DNA from: Amoebophrya sp. A120
Lineage: Eukaryota; Protista; Dinoflagellata
Direction: 5' to 3'
Length of the DNA: 64,000 nt
Assembly: GCA_905178155.1 (NCBI GenBank)
Contig: CAJINV010000014.1
Span: 2,203,923-2,267,922 of the forward strand
Part shown: positions 23,501 through 35,013 of the stretch, in pieces
How positions within the stretch are numbered: position 1 is the stretch's first letter
Layout: every line of letters begins with the position of its first letter
Notes under the pieces: generated by a model
What the model was told of the DNA's origin: nothing
The model's database searches: none
Seen by the model: only the letters and a program-made list of their open reading frames with translations
Program-made: the position numbers and the translations under genes

Positions 23501-25641
23501 CTTCGCCTTCAGATTTTGGCTGTGCACCGTCTTCGATCCGGCCTACAACTTGTGGCACACGCTGGGCCACCGCATCGGCGAAGCGAGCAGCTGGATCACC
23601 AACAGAGTGATCCGGTTCGACATTCTGGACGCCGAAAACTCCGAGGGGTTGTTTCTTCGCCCGAAAACTGTTTTTGCGGAGTGGATCCAGCGGCTTTTCA
23701 TCCACGACGAGGAGCTTGCGCGGGATGTGTTGGATAATATCCCGATAGCTGGGTCCACGTCGGACTTTGAACAGGAGAACCACTGGCGGTTCGTCACGAC
23801 CGCACAACGTATATTCAGGAAGTTGGCGGGTCGCTTCTCGTTGTCGGCCGCCCGCGTCCGCTGGGCGGGGAAGTTTCGGCTTTACAAGGCCTTTCCGAGC
23901 CTTTGGGGAAACTCGGCCCGACAATCGCCGGTTGCGATTTCGCAGCTGAAGCCGCACCTTCTGGATCCGGCCAATCCGCCCACGACCGCCAGTGTCAAAA
24001 ACCGCGTGATCGAGCTTGCGCGCGAGAACGTGTTCTCGCCGCTGAACATTTTCCGCAGTGTGGAAGATCTTCGCAGCTCGCACCAGCTCCCGTTCGACAT
24101 GAAGAAGATCCTCGACTCGGTGAGGCAGTGGTGCTTGTCGGACAAGATCGCGGCTCACAGCTCCAACTATTTTCTCCCCGGCCTGGAGATCGCGGCGTTT
24201 CTGGAAGCCAGCAAGACGGATGACCTCCGCATTATTCCGATCTTGCGGGAGCTCGGGGAGCGGATCGACAACTTCTTCAGGTTCCGGCACTGGGCTGCGA
24301 GCAAAAAACCGCTGGTGGCGATCAACGAGGAGAGTCACGCGTTTCAGGTGGTGCTGATTCTGCAGGTCATCTTATCAGCTGGGGAAAACGGCCAAGCTTG
24401 TTGAATTTGTCATGCAAAGCAGCATGTTGGGGTGGTCGGGACAGCTCCATTTGCAGCTCCGTTTTTGCATGATAAACCCGAGGAGCGCAAGTTTGTCATG
24501 CGGGAGCATGATCAGAATGTCATGCATTTTTAGAATCTTTGGCGAATTATGCATGACAAGTTCATCAAGCTTGGCGCATTTTCATCCGGATATCGCCGCG
24601 GGCTGTACTACGGGGTGACTTTGGAGAAGAAGGAGCTCGGGGTCTACATGCTGAACCCGGCCAGTTTTCTCCCTGTGTTCGGCCTGACCGCCAACCTCGC
24701 CGTTCTGGTGCTATGCACTCAAAAACTGTCCTGTCCCGACCACCCCAGCATGCGGAGAGTGAAAGAGTATCCCTCCCTATGTGGCTCGTGCAAACAAGCA
24801 GCATGCTGGGGTGGTTGGGGCAGGAAAGTTTTTCAGTGCATAGCGCCACTACCACATCTCGTTCGACAACGGGCGCTTCTTGGTGAATTTCCTGAACTCG
24901 GATTACGTTCTTTTTCGCGACGCTGTGCTGCAGGGCCTGGACCACATTCCGAGCCGCATGTTGAAGGATGTGGTGAACATCTATTCCGGGGTGAACATCA
25001 TTTCGGATCCGCCGGCCTCCGAATTGCGGAAAGTACTGCGGGTCATGGCGGGCGACGCGGTTCCGATCGAACAAGCGAAGGAGACGATGCAGCATTTGAT
25101 CCGCTCCGAGATCATCGATCTTGGGGCCATCGATGATGCCCCGAATGCCCGGCGCCGCCGCGGAAACGACGGGAACGCTGCCGGCCGCCCCGAAGGAGCT
25201 GGTGGTGGCGAGGGGGAGGCTGACGGTCCGCGCGGCCGGCAGGAATTGGGGCGCGTGATGAACAAGACCCAGTGGGCCTTGGTGTGCTCGCACTGCAACA
25301 CCGACGTGGTGAATGTCCGCCGCTCCATCAAGCGGACGGGCGGCGGGGGTGCCATGCTCCGCGCTGTGTGGCCCGCCGGCACCTCCTGGGAGGGCGAGCG
25401 GAAGCCGCAAATGAGCACCTTCATCGGGGCCCGGAACGACGAGCAGGAAATTGTGGAGAAGGTTTTCAAGGGTCCGGCGACCGAAAAGCACAAGCAGATG
25501 TGCCCGGAATGCGACGAGTTGCTCCTGATGCAGCGGGACATGCGCTGCAAGGCCGCGGAGGTGCTGGAGATGAATGAAGAAATTTCGATTCCGGGTGGCG
25601 GCAATCTCCTCGATAATCAAAATGATGATATGGTGTTGTAG
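20599..25641 (+). CDS. Divergent hAT-like DDE transposase (~1200 aa or more) with a C-terminal CxxC...CxxC extension
   Basis: Exons at about 20599-20766, 20909-21085, 21201-21735, [21736-22320 unresolved], 22321-22541, 22664-22990, 23121-24347, 24534-24707 and 24844-25641. Motifs in hAT order: LCLAQDTSTKG (D1), VLSGDQ (D2), VHHRISNI (CxxH-like), VETRWFAEIKICLLLLE (TRW), ARENVFS (ERxFS-like). C-terminal CSHC...CPEC. True start may be further upstream. Confidence 0.72.
22543..22662. mobile_element. Introner inside the transposase gene
   Basis: Left end tatccaccgcgaaaacatccag..gtaaatctgtaat, right end reverse complement tatgaaacggaaaacggtccag..gtaaatctgtaat. Removal joins LAPRP(L) to SEITPDG and avoids an in-frame TAG; readable as GT-AG. 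Confidence 0.8.
22992..23119. mobile_element. Introner inside the transposase gene
   Basis: Left end tatgaaaatgcaaaaactcatc, right end reverse complement tatgcaaccgcaaaaaaaaactcacc. Removal joins DDEDP(E) to SPAPAAPRAD in frame with ORF 23184. Direct repeat degenerate. Confidence 0.78.
24712..24842. mobile_element. Introner inside the transposase gene
   Basis: ~40-bp IR: tatgcactcaaaaactgtcctgtcccgaccaccccagcatgc / gcatgctggggtggttggggcaggaaagtttttcagtgcata. GT-AG intron 24708-24843 joins NLAVL to RHYHISFDNGRF in frame. Confidence 0.85.
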
Positions 25642-26420
25642 ATAAGACGTGTCCGTTTAGAAGTTCGCGCAGGAGCTTAGGAAAATTCGCACACCAAAAC
25701 ACGCACCGCTCCTTCTGCAATTTTAGAAATACAAGTTAGCACAGCCGCAAGCAACAGATATTCTTTTTGTTCGTTTGGAAATAGCAATTTGCAATGCCAA
25801 ATGTAGTCCTTTTATCCTTGAGCTCGAGTCGTCAGCAGTAGATTTTATCAGATTCCGACCTGTTTTTGCACAGTTTTAGCGCGCAAATTTACAACCTAGA
25901 CATCTCCGCTGTGCCATCGTTTTGTCTTTTATTCCGGAGCTCGGTCTCATACTAATTACATTCTCGGAAGCTTTTTCTTCTGCCTAGGCTCTACCACGCT
26001 ACTATGAAAGGGACACAAAAGTACAGGGATATAAATAAAGGCTTTCAAATACAAAAGGAATAAAGTGCTGCGCTGAACTACCTGAAGATGAGAATTGGAA
26101 GACTAGAGCCTCCTGCTGCGCGCCCCTAGTCCTTGAAGCTTGCGCCATTTTCACTGGCAGCTGGCAGGGGTGGCAGCGGGACCAGCGCACTACTGTCCAA
26201 ACAGCAGCACACGCCCCGGAATCTTTACAATCGAAAGCAGAAAGAGCATATCCAAAAAGATCACAACGTAAGGAAATCGCACACAGTAAAATCAAAAAAC
26301 TCCGCTCCTCCACCGAGATAGTTCATAAAAGTCCTCTGGTTCACGCTTGAAATCTTCGCATCAGCCAAATTTGCAATGCTGCTCGCACTGATCAGGAGGC
26401 TCCTCACCAATCAACTAACC

Positions 26421-27861
26421 CTACGGCGCCGCCGCTCCGAGGCTGTTTGTCTGTTGGACATTCAGAAGCATGTTGCGTAGCGAGGCCGGGTCCGCGATCT
26501 CCTCCGCAGTCAAATAAAAATCATCCGTCCAGTCCCAACCTCCGCTCTGTTTTACATAGTCCAGCTGGGACGGATACAGTGTGATCGTTCGAGTCCATGG
26601 CATCCTGCAGTTTTTGAAGTCTTATCCTTGCGTCAGATGTTTTGGTTTCTTTCGCCTTCGAATCTGTCATGCGCAAAAACAACTTATCACAGGCCAAGAA
26701 TCGAGAGAGAGGTAGACTAGAATCTCGACGTAGCTCGTAGTGCTTGCTGCTGTGCGTAGTTCGTATCGCTTGCACCGTGCTAGTGCCTGTGCTGAGATTA
26801 AGTACTCCTATCGAAACAATGGCCATATTACCCCGGCGCCTCCGGGTCTGGCGCATATCCGTTGGCCGCCAGGCCCTGGATCGGCAAGAAGTACGTGCCC
26901 GCAAGGGTTCTTTCGGGGCCCGTTTCTTCGCGGCAGTGCAGGAGGAGAACTTCGAGGTCTTGCAGGAGAAACCCGTCGCCGTTTTTGCTGGTATAAAATC
27001 TTGATTTGTGTTGCTTGAGAGAGAGATAAGAGCGTAAGGATAGGGATTTTCTCACTCTTTCCGTCATATGCTATACAAGTTTGCCTCCTCCTTGCACATA
27101 GTGTTGAAAACAGGGCCGCACTATTTGCCCCTACTAGGCGAGAAAAAGTGCCGGGTGGTGCTTGCCCGAACTCCTTGCACGTCCCCCATCGTGCTTCGCT
27201 TGAGCTTGAGAGTCCGCTCCTGGCAGCGGAGCACGAACTCCTGGTGCCTCAAGGTGCCATCGACCACAGAGAGCCCGCGCCTGCTAAGCGAATACGCGCC
27301 CCCTGCGGTGCTCACGCAGTCTGTAAGCTGCTGCCGCATCCGCTGTTCAACAGCCTGGTTGCGTGAGGACGCGTTTCGGTGCCCCATCGCGCCGCGTTTT
27401 TCAATGGCGAAATCGCCCCAGTACTGCTCGAGGCGCGGCCGAATGGCATCCCGGCTGCGCCACCACCTGTCGTGGCGCAGGTCAATTGCGGCCCAATCGT
27501 AGTACCGGTACACCGGTACTACGAGCAGCATGTCCTCCACTTCGGAGCTAATGCCCACGACGATGCTGCCGCCATAGGCTTCTCGCTTCTTTTTGATTTG
27601 GCACTTCAGATTTCTACACCACTGGTCCCAGTTACTCCAGGACCCCTTGGCCTGAATGAGCATGACGGTCGCGGACTGGTTTCCGCCCGCTGCCGCCGGC
27701 CCGCCGACGGCAGCCTCATTGTTGGCCGGGGGTTGGGGCGTCCTGGCGATAGTCAGATCAGCCAAATACTCCGGCGTTTCCACGATGTCGAAGAGGGGGC
27801 TGAGGATCTCGTAGATCTGCGCCACGGACCACTCTTCCACGTCCCGCGGCTGTGTCCCCAT
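26421..27861 (-). CDS. Transposon gene C: unknown protein, probably multi-exon, convergent with the transposase
   Basis: GC-rich ORF 27121-27861 plus probable downstream exons at ~26830-26990 and 26421-26610; splice junctions not resolved. Confidence 0.55.
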
Positions 27862-28243
27862 GGCTGCGGAGGCAAATAGCAGGGCCCGAAGGGGCTGCCG
27901 CCGGCAGCAGGCTCGTTACAGGCAGGGCCCAGGCAGCTGGCTGGGCGATAATAGGTGGGCTGGAGCAGCTGCTTTGAGGCTGCTCTGGCCCTGTAGCTAG
28001 GGGGGCTAATTCTCAAGGGGGATTTGCGGGCTCGGGGGACCTGTTTTTGGCCTATTTGCAGGGCTTTTGCCTATATATCCTCTATTTTCATGCGTGATTG
28101 ACGGCATAGTGCTCTATTATGGCTCAATTTGCCTATCCTCCACCACAGATACGTCGATACTGGCCCAGCTTGGCGACCGACCAGCTCCTCCACGACTCCA
28201 ACCGACTTGATCCTCATCTCTTAACAGATTCCGCCCGTGTTAC

Positions 28244-28508
28244 GAGGTGGGGCCAGAAGCGCGGTAAGCGAAGATGCAACACGTGGAACGCTGCTGCCGC
28301 CACTTTAGCTTTACGTTCTGCCTTCCTAACTAGTTAATGTAACTGAAGCAACCGATAGCTAGTTTCATATCTAACAATTTGCAATGCAAAGAAAAAGGTC
28401 CACCAGATGCAGCGGCTCCGGGCAAGTCGAAAAATATTCAACTTTAACCCAAAAAAAAATCAGTGATTTTTCGAGATGACCACAGTGAAACAGTTTTTTC
28501 CTTCGATA
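28244..28508 (-). repeat. Right terminal inverted repeat (~265 bp, imperfect)
   Basis: Reverse complement of the blocks in 15718-15982; the innermost block sits the same distance from the end on both sides. Confidence 0.92.
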
Positions 28509-31500
28509 AATGATGCCATTCGATTATTACCTCCTCTTGGCGACATCAGTTTTTGGTTTTGAATCAAAGAAATGCACGCAAAAATATTTCTGTGTGAGTT
28601 TTGAAATGCTGCTGACGTCGGCCACATATTGCAACGCAGTGCTCATTTTTGCACTAAAACTACACACACTCACCCTCATAAAGTACACGCCCTCGTCGAC
28701 GCACCACTGAGTTTATCTTGCTCCCTCCACTGACAGCGTCCTCAACCACGTACCTACTTCTAGTATTTCTTTAATCGGACATAGGTACGTCTATTCTCAA
28801 GTAAGTACCAACATGTTTGCAAGTTGAGTCTTCCTCTCTGGAACTACCGCTAGCGCGGCCACACCAAGGACGAGGACCATATCAAAACATCACGATGGTC
28901 ATCTAGACCACCTCCAGAGTGAAAAGTTATAATCGGCGCACAAACAAAGCAGGACCTGCACCACCAGCATAAGCCGCTCATTGCTTTTATTTTCCTCTCT
29001 GCGCTGGTGTTCTTCGCAGCGTCTGCTCCCGAGAAGCGAATGAGAAAGTGAAGAAGACGGGGCTGCTGGCATGATGTGCAGCAGCATGCACCTGCTTCTT
29101 GACGCGTTTGTCATGACTTTCTCTCGAAGAGATTGAGATTTTTAGTTCTTGCCAAGCTTCTTCAGGCTGGCGAGTCTAGTTACAGACCACAACCTACCTC
29201 CCGGAAATAACGCACAGCGGAAGAAGCAGAGGCATAAAATTCAGTTTGCTGATGTAGCACATCTATCATGACGATGGTCATGTAGTATCGCCGTCCCATT
29301 TGTTGCGGTCGGGGTCGCGTTCTCGTACCACATGCACATGATCTAAAAGAAAAACTTCAACAACTCGGTAGAGCATACAACGATCGGCGTCGAAGGTGGG
29401 TAGCAAAGTAGCCCTCACTTTCACAACAACTTCTACATGAAGACTAGGAAGACGCATCATATATTTTATTTTTCAAACGTTTTCACAAGCGCTGGAATAC
29501 GCACGGCACCCCAGACTCGTCTAGCGTTCTTTTGTTTAATATCTGAAAAAAGTCAGGAGAATCAGTAGAATAGATGCTATCACACACAGTCTGACATTGA
29601 CAACGCCCCCTTGTGCCCGTCTTTGTCGCCCAGAAAATTGATTAATGGATTTTTGCGCAAATCCAAGTCATTGTACCACGTCAAAGTAGTAAAAACAAAA
29701 ACTGCTGCTCCTGCGTGTGCGCGACTTGCATCGCTATTGGTGTAACTACACGAAGCAGAATAGGAAGACAAAACAAGATGGACGATGCATCTTCAACTTG
29801 TAAAACCCGTTTTGTAGAAGGTAGTCGCGCCATCGCTTGCCCAAAAGAAGCTGCTCTAGGGTGAAACTCAAGCCCAGGATGTCCTTGCCTTTTCTGTTGT
29901 CCGAGTGTTCAACCTATACGGCCAAATGAGAATTCGATTTGACATGAACACAAAACTACTACAAAAACAAATACTGTTTGTGTAATTTTTTGAAATTTCA
30001 GAAATGTCGTTGTTTCGTCGCTTACGTTTCCTTGCATGATGAAGCAGCGAGGTGGGCCACAAGTACAACAAGCAGCAGCTGCGAGTTGGAGTTGCTCAAG
30101 TTCAACGTTGCCCCTGATGGTGTTGCGGTTTGTTACTCCTGATCTTTAGGTGGAAAATGGTCAGCACAGCCGCAAGAAGGGATTTTTATTCTCCAAACCG
30201 CGGGTAAGTACGTATGATCAAACGAAACTGTGCCTGCCTCTGTACGAGCAAGAGCTTCTTTCTTTTCTCGATTCGGGCGGCTGTAATTTTATTTGTGTGT
30301 GTGTGTGTGTGTGTGTGGAAAATTGATGCTCTACTACACAGCTGCGCTACATTAACCGAAAAGACGCTTTCTAAAAGAAGCAGCCACTGCTATGTTGACT
30401 ACGAGGTCTTTGTGGTCGTGCAGCTTCTTTTTCACAATTGCAGCTCAAGAAGAATGCAGATCCGATATACGGATGCTGGTGTTGGAAGTAGTCAAATCAT
30501 TTGTGGTCGTGGTGCCGTGCGGCTCATCAATTATTTCGCGACTTCTAGGAGCATGCCGCTCAGTAGTGCAGTTCATCCCCGACCCCGTGGCATGCACACA
30601 GGTTGGCTCCCTCCAACCTCGTGGCAAACCGCCCATCATGTATTTTAAAAATACATGATGGACTGCATGAGCTTTGATGTTTCTATTAAAGATACGGAAA
30701 ATTAGAAACTTGCTCTTGTTGCCGCGCTGTCACGTCTAGATAAGTATCGAGAGAAACTGCTTGCGTGCCCGTACTTATTGTCATTTTCTTGATTAATGGT
30801 CTTCCAAAAAAAAGGAACGACGGTCTCCTTACAGATACAGTCCATCGGTTCTTTTTCTGATTTTGTTACTTAATCATAATCACCCCGGCAGCTGCGTGAG
30901 CCTGGTTCTGTCGTTTCGTTGGCCGACGAGTTCTGGCGCCTTCAAATATGAGGCAGAAGGGTAATAAACTAAAGCAAATGTGGAAAAGGAAAACGTAAAA
31001 TATCACAATGACAACTTTGATGAGATATTCGATCGATCACGATCGTCTCGCTATTTTACAAGAAAGAGGTACAACATAAACATGATGTGTCGTGAAGATG
31101 AGATGGATGAAGCAGTAAATAGCTTTTTTATGTCCCCTCGTCACTACGCTTCGATATTCATTTTAAACGAAGTTCTTGGTCACCCCATAGAAATATTAAG
31201 TGGTATCATCTATCATTCATCGTCGTATGAAACAAGAGTCAGTTGGTTCGGCGCCGGCACAGCAAGTTGTTCGAGTTGAGCTCCAGCGGAGTAATTTGAT
31301 GCTGTTGTTGGCGTGTTCCTCAGCGCGTCGACTGCAGGAAGAGGAAACATCGAACAAGAAGTATGCTACGACTGATAGTTCCCGGCTTGCGCTGGTGTGA
31401 TCCCGATGATCTTGGAGGTGGTGGTTGCGCCCGGAACTCGGTACGTCTGGTGGTGTTGTATTTTTCATATGAGTTGCAATTTGAATTTCTTCTTTTTTGC

Positions 31501-31558
31501 ACTGCGCTTCATATTGCGATTGCATTATTTGTGACCAGAAGAACTACATCAATGTTCG

Positions 31559-32074
31559 CTATCGGCATCGATATCCTTGCGAAATTAATACAAAAAACAA
31601 AATGAATACGTCTGCCGGCGGTTCCTCTGCGATTGCGTTCAGCCCGCCAAAGGGCGCCACCCCGTGTGCCGTTTTTTCCAACCTTATCAGTGCTTCCGCC
31701 CGACTGTAGACTACCGTGTCCTCCTGTGACTCCGACAACTCCTCTTGCTGGTGATGATGTTCCTGAGCAGACGAAGTGGGTAAAATTATGTCCTCCTGAC
31801 TGTTGTAGGGTATTGTCGGATCGTCGGCTGTGACGACCAACGAGGATGACGCGGCTGCGGAGGTAGACGCCGTCACGTCGCTCGTGGCCGTTGGTATGGA
31901 AAGCGGGTTGGCGGAAAAAATTGCGGTATTCTTACCCGTTGCCTGCTGATATTCTACTCCTGATGAGGAATTATTATTCTTTGCCGACGCATGGTGCGGC
32001 GCCGGGTCGTGTCCTTGTGCCGTTCCGTCTTCATCTCCTGCCAGGTCTATCCCTAATGTTCTCGGATCGAACAC
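31559..32074 (-). CDS. Low-complexity coding segment, possibly a downstream exon of the FLZ gene
   Basis: 171-aa S/T/A-rich ORF 200 bp below ORF 32274-33191 on the same strand. Confidence 0.45.
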   Translation of the reverse strand: MFDPRTLGIDLAGDEDGTAQGHDPAPHHASAKNNNSSSGVEYQQATGKNTAIFSANPLSIPTATSDVTASTSAAASSSLVVTADDPTIPYNSQEDIILPTSSAQEHHHQQEELSESQEDTVVYSRAEALIRLEKTAHGVAPFGGLNAIAEEPPADVFILFFVLISQGYRCR

Positions 32075-32273
32075 ATCTTCGGGATCGTAAGTCGCCGAGC
32101 TCGTGCCGCTCGTCGGACTTTTGATTGACTGCTTGTTCCTCTTGTTAGACGTGCTTTGTTGCTGTTATGCACCAGTACAAAATTTTTACAGTACACACAC
32201 AAAAACAAGCATCACAAATTTTCGCATATGGCGCCTTTTTAACGAAACATGGGAATTGAAGATGATATCGCTG

Positions 32274-34090
32274 TCATGTTCTTAAACTACAGCTACGCGG
32301 TCGACCGCGTAATTGATCTTGGCGGGGTAACGAAATGGTCGAAGCGGAAATAGCCGAACCCAAGCCGACATTTGAGATGTCCAAAAGATGAAGAACATTT
32401 GATTGTGTGCGTGCGAAAAATTTTTTAGCAATGGATAGCTGTCCTGTTGATGTCGGCGAGCTGCCTCCGGTACCGACGTTCGCGAAGTTGTTGCTGTTGC
32501 TCAAATTGCTGAGGACCTCGGAGGAAGAGGATTGCAACGGCAGCAGATTCTCCTCGCCAGAGACCACCGCGTTGGTTGGGGAGGGTCGCTGATGTATTGT
32601 TCTGCCGTCGTGCTGGTGCAGCTCTACCTTCGCACGACCACGTCCTTCGTCAACAGTGTCGTCTTCTGTTATCTCCATGCTGTTGCTATCTGCGAGCTCT
32701 ACTTGCTCTTGACCTGCTCTACTCTGTCCTGCTCCTGGCGATCTCTCTATTACTTCACCAGCTCGCCCGCCGTCTAGATTCCCGAACCCGTCCGGGCTGT
32801 TGGCGGGGTAGTTTCCGTTTTCGTCGACATTTTCGGGGTAGTAGGCGTCCAGGTTCGGAAAGTACTGGAAGAGAAAGTTAAACGAACTGTTCCGCGTATA
32901 CTCCTTCCCCCAGATCAGCCCGCTGCTGTAGGTCCGCAAAATCCGGTCCCCCGCCGGGTTTTCCTTCACGACGGGGATGAGCTTGTCCAGGATTTTCTGC
33001 CCCAGTTTCGCGACGAGACGGAAGGGAAGCTTCGTCGTGGTGTTGTTGCTGTCGTCCTCCGTGGTGTGGTGGCTGCTGTCGTGGGTGTCCGACCGGTCGC
33101 CGATACTGGATTCGGACCGAACACTGCTCATCGGCACGTGCTCCGTCTCCTTGGTCTGGGAGGGGGTTTGTTTTCGTAGTCTTTGCGTCACAACATCCGC
33201 TACGCACTCGTACTACACTGCGTTGTACGCGAAAATGACTTCTAAAAGCACGACCTGCATAAATATCGATGAGAAAACTGAAACTACACTAACACTATAC
33301 CTGCATCAGCCTGAGTTGGTGCCCCACGAGGTTTATCCTGTGCAAAAGTATCGTACTCGACTCGTATAATTGCAATCATGCAAAAATTCTTTTTTTTTAG
33401 GTAAATCCGCATTACAAATTTTATCTCTCATGCTGAGGAAATTTGTCATGCATTCATACGAGTACGATACTTGTGCAGTTCATAAGGTTCGTGTAGTGTG
33501 GACTGATCCCCTTCTTCCGGCATACCGTGCTGCAATAGGAACTGTCGTTGCGCTATGGAAGCCTCAGGTTTGAAGTCGACAAATAAGTTGAAAATGAAAT
33601 AATTTGTCATGCATAAAATGCAAGGCATGAAGTGCCTGTCTTGCCGGGATGGCAAGTGAGGTCGATTGTGAGCCTGTTTAGGGTTTGAAGTAGAGCTGCT
33701 AAAGCAGCATGACAAAAGCAGTCTTCTGTGCCTAAACAGCATGACAAACTGGATTCCGGTGCTCGGAAGATTTGTCATGCGCCACTTGATAAGTGGGCTT
33801 CCGACTGGCATGGGCAAGGGCATCCATTTCATGCATGGCAAACTATTTCAACTTTGACGATTTCGATCCTGACACATCCATATGCGCATGTAGATGGCGG
33901 CGGCTTCCGGGATCAGTTTCACGCAGTGGTTACACCGGAACAAGAAATCTACTTGCTGGTGTGGTCCTCCGGCGTTATTGGCATTCGTCGCGCCCAGACC
34001 CGTAGTAGCACCGGTGTCCGTCGCCGTGGTCGACGTCATCGTGGCTGTGGTCATGTTGCTGGCGGGGGCAACAGAGAAGTTGTGCAGCAT
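32274..34090 (-). CDS. FCS-like zinc finger (FLZ/DUF581) domain protein
   Basis: Removing two introners gives FLFRCNHCVKLIPEAAAIYMRNDSSYCSTVCRKKGISPHYTNLVGHQLRLMQ (CX2CX17-YCSX2C). A GT-AG intron starting at 33300 then leads in phase into YECVADVVTQRLRK (ORF 32274-33191). Confidence 0.8.
33334..33484 (+). mobile_element. Introner family 1 (151 bp), antisense to host gene relative to sister copies
   Basis: tatcctgtgcaaaagtatcgtactcg ... cgagtacgatacttgtgcagttcata; perfect DR AGGTT; homologous to 40118-40254 and 47847-47999. Confidence 0.92.
33554..33882 (+). mobile_element. Introner family 2 (329 bp)
   Basis: tatggaagcctcag ... ctgacacatccata; perfect DR TGCGC; splits the FLZ finger; homologous in inverted orientation to 39738-40044. 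Confidence 0.92.
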
Positions 34091-34789
34091 CAAGATCTTG
34101 GTACTAAATGTTGAGCCCTCGTGGTGGACCACGTGCACGTTACTTAAGCAGTTGAAAATGAAGATGCTCTTCACAGCCGCGTGCCTCCGAGTTCGCTTCT
34201 ATTGATTTTTTTTCTCCTGCTCCCCGAGAATGATCCCCAAGAAGCGCTGCAGCAGATGCAAGAAGCTCAGCTTGTGGAAAAAAAGGCTGCTGGAGATGAA
34301 TGGACTCTACTGAAGACCGGTGGTGCAGCGTGTATTTCTTTTCAGCCAAGAACCACTGCTGACGATGAAGCCGTCGTGCTGTCGAGGAAAACGCAGAAGA
34401 AGAACAGCAGGGGACGGCGGAGGTATAACGTGTTGAGTAGATTGAGCGTCTGCAGCAACTGTGCTGAGGATGTCAATGGCTCCTGCTGTACTCAAAAAAA
34501 GTACATAGTTGTTCACACACACACTCCTGCTCCTCTCCGATTTACAACTTTGAAAACACCTAAAGTTGAATTGGAGAGTGAAATATAAATACTTCACAAG
34601 AGGAATAATCCTCGTCAAAGTTGTTCGACTTCGAAGAGGCACATAGGAAGGTCTTGGGCATGGGCGTTTCCACGCAGTACAAATAAACAAGGTAATACTA
34701 ATAATTGAGGAACTTCTTGTGTTCCATATAAATCTCTACCATGACTAGATATAAGTCAGAAAACCCATTATTTAATAGTATCCCGCAAT

Positions 34790-34981
34790 AGAAACAAAGA
34801 ATAGAAACGAAAAACAAAAACAAAGAACGGAAACGAAAAACAAAAACAAAGAACGAAAACGAAAAACGAAAACAAAGAATGGAAACGAAAAACGAAAACA
34901 AAGAATAGAAACGAAAAACGAAAACAAAGAATGAAAACAAAAAAGGAAAACAAAGAATAGAAACGAAAAACAACAACAACG
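34790..34981. repeat. A-rich degenerate tandem repeat (aaacaaagaatagaaacgaaa-type)
   Basis: Read directly. Confidence 0.85.
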
Positions 34982-35013
34982 ACATGCAGACAAAGTGCCC
35001 AAGCTTCTAAGCG

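Larger units (their letters stand above)
15718..28508. mobile_element. Large (12.8-kb) hAT-like DNA transposon with a 5-bp TSD and three genes
   Basis: Perfect 29-bp terminal IR tatcgaaggaaaaaactgtttcactgtgg. TSD AATGA at 15713-15717 and 28509-28513. Two internal genes on + strand, against the minus-strand host block. Transposase motifs present. Confidence 0.92.

Noticed and set aside
15718-28508. Polinton/Maverick or endogenous virus, given the size and long TIRs
   Set aside because: No recognisable pPolB, retroviral-type integrase, packaging ATPase or capsid; the motifs fit hAT better.
15689-28560. The 12.8-kb element spliced as one giant coding intron of the 12035-15691 gene
   Set aside because: Joining the flanks with one TSD puts an in-frame TAA about five codons upstream of the junction, and the upstream ATG (MSPRGGNNRM) is in another frame. 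A 5'-UTR intron remains possible but cannot be judged without cDNA.
28514-31500. Short ORFs that could be gene fragments
   Set aside because: No motif or consistent exon chain could be built; left unannotated.
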